Shown here in pieces: positions 20,720-29,452 of a stretch of 64,000 bases of DNA. The notes below the pieces were generated by a model. The model searched no databases and was not told the DNA's origin. It worked only from the letters and a program-made list of their open reading frames with translations. Source of the DNA: an uncultured Saprospiraceae bacterium (GTDB taxonomy: Bacteria; Bacteroidota; Bacteroidia; Chitinophagales; Saprospiraceae); NCBI GenBank assembly GCA_943788055.1, contig CALSOU010000010.1, positions 25,805 through 89,804 of the forward strand. Reading direction: 5' to 3'. Both the position numbers and the translations under genes were made by a program. How positions within the stretch are numbered: position 1 is the first letter of the stretch; every line of letters starts with the position of its first letter.

Positions 20720-21259
20720 ATGATCACTATTATATCAGGAACAAATAGGAAGAATTCAAAAACAGAAATAGTAGCTAAGCACTATTATGAAACTATAAAA
20801 AGCATTACTGACGCACCAGTCAAATACTTTAGCTTGCAAGACATTCCCTTGGATACATTGAACCCTGAAATGTATGAGGAAAATGGTCAGAGTTCAGAGC
20901 TACGTAAACTACAAGATGAATATTTGGTAGATGCTCACAAATGGGTAATCATATCACCTGAGTACAATGGCTCATATCCAGGAGTATTAAAGTTGTTTCT
21001 AGATGCAGTCTCTATCAGAAAATATAAAGAAACATTCAAGAATAAGAAACTTGGCCTTGTTGGCGTAGCAAGTGGTAGGGGAGGAAACCTAAGAGGTTTA
21101 GACCAATTGACAAATTCAATGAATTACTTGGGCTTTTCAGTAATGGCTAATAAACTTCCGCTTTCTCTGATTGACAAGAGTATTTCCAATGAGCAAGTTA
21201 GCAACGAAGCAACAGAATCTGCAATCTTCAATCATGCAGAACAATTTATTAAGTTCTAG
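20720..21259 (+). CDS. NAD(P)H-dependent FMN reductase-family oxidoreductase
   Basis: Flavodoxin-like N-terminus MITIISGTNRKNSKTE and ISPEYNGSYPGVLK motif, typical of NADPH-dependent FMN reductases. Confidence 0.7.
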   Translation: MITIISGTNRKNSKTEIVAKHYYETIKSITDAPVKYFSLQDIPLDTLNPEMYEENGQSSELRKLQDEYLVDAHKWVIISPEYNGSYPGVLKLFLDAVSIRKYKETFKNKKLGLVGVASGRGGNLRGLDQLTNSMNYLGFSVMANKLPLSLIDKSISNEQVSNEATESAIFNHAEQFIKF

Positions 21260-21263
21260 ACCT

Positions 21264-22901
21264 ATGAATAATTTGGTTTCGAGAATCCTATTGATTTTAA
21301 TTTCTTACGCTCTATTCTCTTGTACCTCAAGTTCTACAAATGATACAAACAATCTTAAACCTGCTGTCTTTCATTATAATCAGCCGAATAAGATAACTTC
21401 ATTAGATCCTGCTTTTGCAAAAAGTCAAAATAACATGTGGGTTGTGCATCACATATTCAATGGATTAGTGCAGCTAGATAAAGACCTTGAACTTCAAGCT
21501 TGTATCGCCAAATCCTGGGAGATCTCAGAAGATGGACTAACATACAAGTTCAATTTAAGATCAGATATCTTATTCCATGATAATCAGTGTTTTAGGCAAC
21601 ATAGTGAAAGGCAATTGACCGCCAAAGATGTGAAGTATAGTTTCGAACGAATCATATCTGATTCTTTAGCAGCTCCAGGGTCATGGATTTTCAAAGGAAA
21701 AGTAGACGAACAACAGCCATTTTCAGCACCGAACGATAGTACATTTGTAATTCGGCTTAAGCAACCATTCTTGCCAATGCTGAATATTCTGAGCATGCAG
21801 TATTGCTCAATAATTTCACGTAAAGCAATTGAATTCTATGGACCAGATGCACGTTCAAATCCTGTTGGAACTGGCCCTTTTAAATTGAAGAGGTGGCTAG
21901 AAAATCAGGGGCTTTACCTAGTCAAAAACCCAGATTACTTTGAAGTAAATAGAGAAGGGGAGAGGTTGCCCTACCTAGATGGTGTGCGAACCAGTTTTAT
22001 GGAGGATAAAAAAATCGCTTTTTTAGAGTTACTTAATGGAAAGGTCGAGTGCGTTTCGGGGCTAGAAAGTTCTTTTATTAATGAGATGCTAAAACCAAAT
22101 GGAGCACTAAAGTCAGATAAAACAAGTAAGATAAATCTCTACAAGAGTCCCTATCTGAATCTAGAATACCTTGGTTTCAATATGAAATCGTTAGAGAATA
22201 CTGCTCTAGCTGACAAACGAGTACGTCAAGCTCTTAACTATGCCATAGATCGAGAAACCATGCTGCAAAGCTTAAGAAACAACATCGGGAAGCCAGCTGA
22301 TTCCGGAGTTATTCCCAAAGGACTACCATCCTACAATAGTAAAGCTGTTCAAGGTTACAGCTACAAGCCACAAAAAGCTAAGGACTTGCTCAAATCCGCA
22401 GGTTTTCCGAATGGAAAGGGTGTTAAACCAATCACCATTTACACGAATAAGGACTATCTTGATCTTACCACCTATGTGGCAAAACAGTGGGAAAACATCG
22501 GCGTCAGAACAAATATCAGTTTGATGGAATCTGCTTCACTTCGAGCAGGTATGCGAAAAGGTACAATTGATATTTTCAGAGCTTCGTGGATTGCCGACTA
22601 TCCAGATGCTGAAAATTTCCTTTGTCTTTTTTATGGAAAAAATGGAGCACCACCTAGATATACAAGATATCAAAACGATGCTTTTGATGATTTATATGAA
22701 GCCTCAATCCAACAAACAGACCTTGTTAAACGGACGGCTTTATATCATGAAATGAATCAGATCATCGTTGAAGACGCTCCAATAGTTTTCCTATTTTATG
22801 ACGAATCCGCACTTTTTACAACTAAAAACGTTGTAAATATCGAAACTAATGGTATCAATCTACTTCAAGTGAAGCAGTTAAAGGAACAGGATGCAGAGTA
22901 G
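21264..22901 (+). CDS. ABC transporter substrate-binding lipoprotein, family 5 (peptide/nickel type)
   Basis: Start placed at the ATG at 21264 with lipobox LISYALFSC. The track ORF start at 21171 would overlap the upstream gene. SBP_bac_5-like body: LDPAFAKSQNNMWVVHHIFNGLV, NPVGTGPFKLKRW. Confidence 0.8.
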   Translation: MNNLVSRILLILISYALFSCTSSSTNDTNNLKPAVFHYNQPNKITSLDPAFAKSQNNMWVVHHIFNGLVQLDKDLELQACIAKSWEISEDGLTYKFNLRSDILFHDNQCFRQHSERQLTAKDVKYSFERIISDSLAAPGSWIFKGKVDEQQPFSAPNDSTFVIRLKQPFLPMLNILSMQYCSIISRKAIEFYGPDARSNPVGTGPFKLKRWLENQGLYLVKNPDYFEVNREGERLPYLDGVRTSFMEDKKIAFLELLNGKVECVSGLESSFINEMLKPNGALKSDKTSKINLYKSPYLNLEYLGFNMKSLENTALADKRVRQALNYAIDRETMLQSLRNNIGKPADSGVIPKGLPSYNSKAVQGYSYKPQKAKDLLKSAGFPNGKGVKPITIYTNKDYLDLTTYVAKQWENIGVRTNISLMESASLRAGMRKGTIDIFRASWIADYPDAENFLCLFYGKNGAPPRYTRYQNDAFDDLYEASIQQTDLVKRTALYHEMNQIIVEDAPIVFLFYDESALFTTKNVVNIETNGINLLQVKQLKEQDAE

Positions 22902-23616
22902 CAATTCCAAAATTCAAGTACAAGTCAGACAAATTAGAGATCTAAGCTATCAAGAAGCGTGGGACTATCAGACTGCGGTCCATAATGAAATCAAACAAAG
23001 AAAATTAGACAATCGACTTAGACCAGATGGCCAAAAGGAACCTCAAGAGCATGTTTTTATTTTAGCTGATCATCATCATGTCTATACGCTAGGAAAAAGT
23101 GGCTCAGAAGATCATCTTTTGATCGATTCCGAGAAAAGAGAAAAAGAAAACATTGAATATTTCAAGATCAATAGAGGAGGTGATATAACGTATCACGGCC
23201 CTGGGCAAATAGTCGGTTATCCGATTCTCGATCTGGATGAAATCTTTACAGATATTCATAAGTATGTGAGATTTCTTGAAGAAGCAGTGATTAGAACCTG
23301 TAATGATTATGGCTTAATAACTGGAAGAATTGAGGGATACACTGGTGTCTGGCTCTCTGATGGCTCAAAGAATCGAAAGATATGTGCGATTGGTGTCCAT
23401 CTAAGCAGATGGGTTACTATGCACGGTTTTGCTTTCAATGTCAACACTAATTTAGATTACTTTCATTACATCGTTCCTTGTGGAATAGTTGACGAAGATA
23501 AGACCGTTACCTCCTTAGAAAAAGAGCTTGGTCGAAAGGTGGATATAGAGGAAGTTAAAAATCGTTTACTAAATCATTTTGCTGAATTATTTGACGTAGA
23601 GATCCTAAAAAGATGA
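22891..23616 (+). CDS. lipB: Lipoyl(octanoyl) transferase LipB
   Basis: Motifs RGGDITYHGPGQIVGYPI and KICAIGVHLSRWVTMHGFAFNV, containing the catalytic Cys/Lys region of LipB. Confidence 0.9.
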   Translation: MQSSNSKIQVQVRQIRDLSYQEAWDYQTAVHNEIKQRKLDNRLRPDGQKEPQEHVFILADHHHVYTLGKSGSEDHLLIDSEKREKENIEYFKINRGGDITYHGPGQIVGYPILDLDEIFTDIHKYVRFLEEAVIRTCNDYGLITGRIEGYTGVWLSDGSKNRKICAIGVHLSRWVTMHGFAFNVNTNLDYFHYIVPCGIVDEDKTVTSLEKELGRKVDIEEVKNRLLNHFAELFDVEILKR

Positions 23617-23680
23617 GTACTTTTGCAGTCATTTTTGAGGCAATTCATTTCTGGATAAAAAGTAAAATCACAAACAACAT

Positions 23681-24229
23681 ATGAGTGCATTGAAAGGTAA
23701 AACAACTGAGCAGTCCAAAACCACTATGACGGAATTGATCATGCCAAATGATACAAATCCGCTAGGAAATCTCATGGGAGGAAATCTGATGCGTTGGATG
23801 GATATCTGCGGTGGAATTTGCGCAGCGAAGCACTCAGGCAACCATGTGGTAACCGCTTCCGTTGATCATATCTCATTCACAGCGCCAATCAAATTAGGTG
23901 ATGCAATTACGATCAATGCTACCGTAACAAGAGCTTTCAGTACTTCTGTGGAAATATATATAGAGGTTTATGCGCGAGACATTACAGGAGACAATCCACG
24001 TAAGTCAAATCATGCTTTTATGACCTTTGTAGCGCTCGATCCAATCAAGAAAACACCTTGCCCAGTGCCACCAGTTATTCCTTTGAGTGCCGAAGAACAA
24101 AAGCTGTATGAAGCAGCAGTAAGAAGACGAGAATTAAGATTGATTCTAGCAGGAAAGATGAAGCCAGAAGATGCTACAGAAGTAAGAAGTTTCTTCGATA
24201 AATTTCCAAAACCTGCAACTGATCAATAA
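23681..24229 (+). CDS. Acyl-CoA thioesterase (hotdog fold, YciA/BFIT-like)
   Basis: MPNDTNPLGNLMGGNLMRWMD...ASVDHISFTAPIKLGD is the typical 4HBT-type acyl-CoA hydrolase signature. Confidence 0.8.
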   Translation: MSALKGKTTEQSKTTMTELIMPNDTNPLGNLMGGNLMRWMDICGGICAAKHSGNHVVTASVDHISFTAPIKLGDAITINATVTRAFSTSVEIYIEVYARDITGDNPRKSNHAFMTFVALDPIKKTPCPVPPVIPLSAEEQKLYEAAVRRRELRLILAGKMKPEDATEVRSFFDKFPKPATDQ

Positions 24230-24536
24230 TCAATAGCAGTCTGATTCAAGACAATCTATAATATATAGTTCCTATTTAAGCCTTTCTTTTTATGTCAAGA
24301 TTGTCATCTTAGTTATTCACTATCCTAAAGTGTTACATTGAATTCAAAGGTAGAGTAGGGTGATGGCTATGGGCCCCGGCTCTGAGAAGTTTCACTATGT
24401 TCATCCCTCATTCGCAGGCTCTTTCGGGATCGTTCTGTTCAGAACGACTTCTACGATCCGTATCGCATAGATAAACTGTGATTGGTCATTAGTTAAGTAC
24501 AATATTCTTTCTAACTTTAGGTAAAATCGAAATAAT

Positions 24537-25013
24537 ATGAAGCAATTTACTTTAAGTAGCAACGATCTTAAACCTCAGATGGAAAAAAAGCATGTTTTCC
24601 ATGATTTCGGCGCTGGGGGAGAGAATATATCTCCAGCTCTATCATGGAGTGATGCCCCAGAAGGAACAAAGAGCTTCTTGATCACTTGCCACGATCCTGA
24701 TGCTCCTTCGCCAAGTGGTTGGTGGCACTGGTGTATATGTAATATTTCGTCAGAATTAAATGAATTGAAAGCTGGCGTCAATCCAGATTCAAATCTTGGA
24801 ACACAAGCACTAAATGATTACGGTATAGTAGGCTATGGGGGAGCGTGTCCGCCACCAGGAGACCCTTATCATGCATATCACTTTACTATTTATGCCTTGG
24901 ACACTGAAAAGATTGAGGTTAAAAATGGCGTTATGCCGGCTATGGTAATTTTCCTCGCAAATGCACATGTTTTAGCGAAAGCTACTATTACAAGTTACTA
25001 TAGACGTGATTAG
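24537..25013 (+). CDS. YbhB/YbcL-family phosphatidylethanolamine-binding (Raf kinase inhibitor-like) protein
   Basis: PEBP motifs NISPALSWSDAPEGTKSF...DPDAPS...WWHW and GYGGACPPPGDPYHAYHFTIYALD. Confidence 0.8.
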   Translation: MKQFTLSSNDLKPQMEKKHVFHDFGAGGENISPALSWSDAPEGTKSFLITCHDPDAPSPSGWWHWCICNISSELNELKAGVNPDSNLGTQALNDYGIVGYGGACPPPGDPYHAYHFTIYALDTEKIEVKNGVMPAMVIFLANAHVLAKATITSYYRRD

Positions 25014-25020
25014 AAACTAA

Positions 25021-25050
25021 AAAAGGCCATCTCGTAATGAGACAGCCTTT
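25021..25050. terminator. Bidirectional hairpin between convergent genes
   Basis: AAAGGCcaTCTCgtaatGAGAcaGCCTTT lies between the PEBP gene (+) and ndk (-), flanked by an A-run and a T-run. Confidence 0.6.
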
Positions 25051-25074
25051 ACTTTGTTCTGCGATCATACTTTA

Positions 25075-25497
25075 CTATGCGAAAACTTCTGTTCCTGCAA
25101 AGTGGAAATTTGATTCGATTTCAGCATTTTCGTCAGAATCTGAACCGTGTACTGCATTCTCTCCAATACTAGTTGCGTACAATGCTCTGATTGTTCCTTC
25201 AGCAGCGTCAGATGGGTTAGTTGCACCGATTGTTGTTCTAAAATCAGCAACTGCATTGTCTTTCTCTAAGATTGCAGCCACGATAGGACCCGAAGACATA
25301 AATTCAACTAGTTCACCATAGAAAGGTCTCTCTTTATGGACAGCGTAAAATTCTCCGGCTTTTTCTGCAGATAGCTTGGTGTATTTCATTGCTACGATTC
25401 TAAATCCTGCCTTGTTAATGTGTGAAAAAATAGCGCCAATGTGTCCATTTTTCACAGCATCAGGCTTGATCATTGTAAATGTTCTGTTATTTGCCAT
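25075..25497 (-). CDS. ndk: Nucleoside-diphosphate kinase
   Basis: [19 protein letters not shown] and NAVHGSDS (active-site His) motifs; 140 aa. Confidence 0.95.
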   Translation of the reverse strand: MANNRTFTMIKPDAVKNGHIGAIFSHINKAGFRIVAMKYTKLSAEKAGEFYAVHKERPFYGELVEFMSSGPIVAAILEKDNAVADFRTTIGATNPSDAAEGTIRALYATSIGENAVHGSDSDENAEIESNFHFAGTEVFA

Positions 25498-26350
25498 TCT
25501 TATTTAAATTTTGAATTTCATAATTGCAAGTTACAAGTATCACAAGAGCTTGTAAATCGCCGCAAAAATAGCAAACTTATTTTGATTTGGTAGCTCTGTA
25601 TTACTATAAAGCATTAAACAGGACTCATTATTAGTTCATTTCGCTTTTGAGATTACAATACCACCAAGATATGAAACTGAAGTAACGTAGGGTACAGTGT
25701 CTCATTCTTTAATTTAACATAATATTAATTATAGGAATTAGAATAGTAAAACAGCTTCCAAGTAGCTGAGATAACAGAATTAATATCTTATCACTATGAC
25801 GTGTGCGTTCGTTAATAATTCTATAGGTCGCAGGGCAGAATTCTAGAATGCCATAAAAACCTCTTCTTTAATATAAAATAAATCCTCCATGATAAGTAAG
25901 CTTCTCCAAGTCTCTTTTTATTTGTTTTTTGCCAGCATGGCCGTCTTCAGCCAAGTACCAATAGTCTGCTTGTCTTGGAGCAATTCCAGTTTGCGATGAT
26001 ATGTATTTTGAATTAAAGTCGTACACTGATGAGGGTAAACATGAAAAGAAACTTCACGAGCACTGCGGTGTCGAAGATCAAGTCAATTCAGTCTGCTAGA
26101 GATTTGTTCCAACGATCAGCGGTAATTTAGGTTTTAAGATACATCCAAATGACCTTGATGATGATTACGATTGAGTTGTATTTAACATAACATCTGTTCC
26201 TTATGAGGATTTAATCAAAAAATTTGATGCCATCGTAAACTGTAACGACAGGTGGTCAAGATAATGGCTTTACCTGCTATGGTATTACTGGAGTGTAGCC
26301 TTACTAAATAATAGGACAAGTTTAAAATTAACAAAATTTAATATATTATT

Positions 26351-26583
26351 AAGAAGAGTAAATTTACAGAAGCGCAGATCATTAAGGTACTAAAAGGGAA
26401 TTAGGCAGGCCGTAAGGTTGAGGATGTCAGCCGGGGGCTAGGCATCAGCACAGGGACGTTTTACACTTGGAGAAAGAAGTACGGAGGGATGGAAGCGAGT
26501 CAAATTAAAGAATTGTAAACGCTGAAAGAAGAAAACAGCAAGCTCAAGAAGATGTACGCAGATCAGGCGATTCAAGTAGAAAT
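26351..26583 (+). mobile_element. IS3-family transposase orfA relic (truncated, two in-frame stops, no orfB)
   Basis: My translation gives KKSKFTEAQIIKVLKGN*AGRKVEDVSRGLGISTGTFYTWRKKYGGMEASQIKEL*TLKEENSKLKKMYADQAIQVE. This is the HTH plus leucine-zipper N-terminal product of IS3/IS407-type elements. It is locally GC-richer than its surroundings. Confidence 0.7.
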
Positions 26584-26769
26584 CGATGGAATGTCAATTA
26601 CCGAAACGAGATTGCAGATGATCTCCAAGGACTTTGAAGATCTGAATATATCTGTAAATAACTATAAGTATGATAAGTAACTTCATAAGTGAACTAGCAA
26701 AGCTAAATTAATGGAATTCATAGTACGATAATTTACCAAGTCCTGAAACAATACTCGGTTGTTGAATAC

Positions 26770-27378
26770 TTAAACGTGATCCAAGCGTTTCAGGCTTTCT
26801 AAAGTATAGTAGTTATATAAGCCGCTGACTCCCACGGTTTTCATCTTTCCAAAATCCAAATCTTCTTTATCGCTCCAATATTTAGCGTTGACATAAACCT
26901 TCTTTATCTCGCATACAAGTAAGATAGTTCCATTCTTGATTTTGTGTTCTTCAACAAATCCTAACTGAAGCGACACATTTGACTCTTTAACATAAGGAAC
27001 TGATTCTAAGCCTCTTAAGACACTCAATCCTACAGCTTCAAACTCTGATTGTTCACTTGGATATTTTGCACTTGTTTGATGAGCCTTATCTAGAATTTCT
27101 TTGTGAACTAGATTCATACTAAGCACTTTGCTACCTTTGATATTGTTGTAAGTATGTCGTTCAACAGTAGTTGGTCGCATAACGAAACCTAGAAGTGGTG
27201 GATTTGCACCGATATGTACAACAGAATTGAATATAGCGAGGTTGTCTATTTCATCGTTACTTCTGGTGCCGATAAGAAACGGAGTTCTAACTCCAGAAAG
27301 CTGATTGAAAAAGTTTACGCGCTTATACTTGTCCCACTCCCCTATTTGCCGCTCGGTTATCTCTACTAATTGATTCAT
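26770..27378 (-). CDS. Flavin reductase-like domain protein
   Basis: FMN-binding split-barrel pattern (FLIGTRS...NLAIFNSVVHIGANPPLLGFVMRP). Its start overlaps the upstream stop codon by 4 nt (ATGA). Confidence 0.65.
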   Translation of the reverse strand: MNQLVEITERQIGEWDKYKRVNFFNQLSGVRTPFLIGTRSNDEIDNLAIFNSVVHIGANPPLLGFVMRPTTVERHTYNNIKGSKVLSMNLVHKEILDKAHQTSAKYPSEQSEFEAVGLSVLRGLESVPYVKESNVSLQLGFVEEHKIKNGTILLVCEIKKVYVNAKYWSDKEDLDFGKMKTVGVSGLYNYYTLESLKRLDHV

Positions 27379-27947
27379 TTTCGCTCTTTTCCAAATTGTC
27401 TTGACCTAGATTTAGCTTCCATTGAATCTATTAGGGTAATTGGGTCATCTGTAAATACTATATTTTCTAAAGACCTACTTTTGATAAATCCTTCCTTTAC
27501 CATGTGCTCTAAGAAAGTCTTTAAATGATCGTAATATCCATTTACATTGTAAAAGCCAACGGGGAATGTATGCAAACTAAGTTGTTCCCATGTTAGAACT
27601 TCAAAAACTTCATCTAAAGTACCGAAGCCGCCAGGCATTGCAATGAAACCCTCAGACATATCAACCATGCGTTTTTTACGAATATGCATATCCGCTACGA
27701 CTTCAAGTCTTGTTAGCATCTCATGACCAACCTCCTTATCCATCAAAAACTGAGGGATCACTCCGAATATCTCACCTCCTCTTTCCAGCACCTCATCTGC
27801 CAAAACACCCATCAGACCTACACTTCCAGCACCATAAATCACCTTGATTCTTTGCTTTACCAGCTGTTTTGCAAGCTTTCGCACCGCTTGCTCATATGTT
27901 TCGGAAAAGCCTTTTGAAGAACCACAGTATATTGCTATCTTATTCAT
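27375..27947 (-). CDS. LOG-family (TIGR00730) nucleotide N-glycosidase / Rossmann-fold protein
   Basis: IAIYCGSS, VYGAGSVGLMG and PGGFGTLDEVFEVLTWEQL match the LOG PGGxGTxxE motif. Confidence 0.85.
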   Translation of the reverse strand: MNKIAIYCGSSKGFSETYEQAVRKLAKQLVKQRIKVIYGAGSVGLMGVLADEVLERGGEIFGVIPQFLMDKEVGHEMLTRLEVVADMHIRKKRMVDMSEGFIAMPGGFGTLDEVFEVLTWEQLSLHTFPVGFYNVNGYYDHLKTFLEHMVKEGFIKSRSLENIVFTDDPITLIDSMEAKSRSRQFGKERK

Positions 27948-29416
27948 ATATCATCAGATGTAAGATCATCCCACATGTCTGCAAGTGGATCAGAAAAACT
28001 AGAACCAGTTCCCAAGAAATCTTTATTAACTACTTCCAATTCAGAAAGACCATAAATCATCAATTCCTTTAAGAACTCGACATCGGCTTTGCTAGCCCCC
28101 ATATCAGCAACAAGCGTTTCAAGCCCTGCCACTTGATTTAGAGTTTCTTTGAAATCTTTATCTGAAGCATCATTAAGAAGTTCGACCTCATTTCCACCTG
28201 CAAAGAATGCCTTTATAACACCGTATGGATCATTTTCAGCACTTTTTTTAAGCTTATTTGGGTTTACAAAAAACCTTAAAAACATATTTTTCACCGCACC
28301 TCCGATGAAACTTAGAGCAACTTGATGAGGCCCCTCCTGCTCTCCTTCATAGACTAATTCCACTTTTCCAGTTATAGCTGGTATGATTCCCCATAGATCA
28401 GTAATTCGAGCTGTGCTGCTGTTTTCACCATTAATTAGCATTCTTCTTTCAACTGTACTGTAAAGATTTTCCAATGCAGAAATACTTAATCTAGCTGACA
28501 CGCCACTCTTCTCATCAACAAAATCACTGATTCGAGCTTCGAAACTAACTAGTTCTAAGAGATCTAACATCCATGGATGAATCTTGATAGTGCTTTTCTG
28601 CTCCTCTGTAATTTTTGCTTCTTGAGCTGTAATAGCTTTCGACTCCTCTAATTCTTCGGGATAGTGAGTCAAAATTTGTGACTCGATTCTATCTTTTAAA
28701 GGTGTAATAATAGAACCTCTATTAGTGTAATCCTCCGGATTTGCAGTGAACACAAATTGAATATCTAGTGGAAGAGCCATCTTAAAACCACGTATTTGAA
28801 TGTCTCCTTCTTGCAAGATATTAAACAATGCAACCTGAATACGTGCTTGTAAATCTGGTAATTCATTTATTACAAAGATACAACGGTGTGATCTTGGAAT
28901 GAGTCCAAAATGCAATACTCTTGGATCTGAATATGGTAGTTTTAAGGATGCTGCTTTGATAGGATCAACATCTCCAATCAAGTCTGCTATAGAAACATCT
29001 GGAGTAGCTAACTTCTCAACGTACCTTTCGCTCCTATGCAACCAAGAAATAGGTGTTTTATCACCCAATTCGTTAACTAGATCTTGCCCGTGTTTCGTAA
29101 TAGGTTCAAGTGGATCATCATTCAGTTCATTACCAGAAATATAGGGAATGTATTCGTCTAATATATCTACCATCAAACGAGCCATTCTCGTTTTTGCCTG
29201 TCCACGTAATCCTAGAAATAAGATGTTATGTCTAGACAGCAAAGCTCTCTCAACGTCGGGAATTACAGTCTCATCATAGCCAATTACTTCTTTAAAAAGC
29301 GGCTCTTTTGCTTGTAATTTCTTACGTAAATTCTCTCTTATTTCAGATTTGATGCTCTGTGGCTTATAGGCAGTTTTTTTAAGATCGCCTAAGGTTTTTA
29401 TTTTCTCTAAATTCAT
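27944..29416 (-). CDS. ChlI/BchI-like AAA+ ATPase homolog with atypical Walker motifs
   Basis: Mg-chelatase-subunit-I-like layout. P-loop-like GLRGQAKT, Walker-B-like CIFVINELPDL, then ALFNILQEGDIQIRG and FVFTANPEDYTNRGSIITPLKDR. Confidence 0.65.
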   Translation of the reverse strand: MNLEKIKTLGDLKKTAYKPQSIKSEIRENLRKKLQAKEPLFKEVIGYDETVIPDVERALLSRHNILFLGLRGQAKTRMARLMVDILDEYIPYISGNELNDDPLEPITKHGQDLVNELGDKTPISWLHRSERYVEKLATPDVSIADLIGDVDPIKAASLKLPYSDPRVLHFGLIPRSHRCIFVINELPDLQARIQVALFNILQEGDIQIRGFKMALPLDIQFVFTANPEDYTNRGSIITPLKDRIESQILTHYPEELEESKAITAQEAKITEEQKSTIKIHPWMLDLLELVSFEARISDFVDEKSGVSARLSISALENLYSTVERRMLINGENSSTARITDLWGIIPAITGKVELVYEGEQEGPHQVALSFIGGAVKNMFLRFFVNPNKLKKSAENDPYGVIKAFFAGGNEVELLNDASDKDFKETLNQVAGLETLVADMGASKADVEFLKELMIYGLSELEVVNKDFLGTGSSFSDPLADMWDDLTSDDI

Positions 29417-29452
29417 ATCGACTGGTCTTTTATTCTGACCCTTGATTATTAA

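Noticed and set aside
21171-21263. Long N-terminal extension of the SBP gene (track start 21171) overlapping the FMN reductase gene
   Set aside because: The extension has no signal features. The ATG at 21264 is followed by a textbook lipoprotein signal with lipobox LFSC.
25037-25321. ORFs 25037..25321 (+) and 25065..25256 (-) overlapping ndk
   Set aside because: ndk (25075..25497, minus) is unambiguous. The other two are out-of-frame or antisense shadows.
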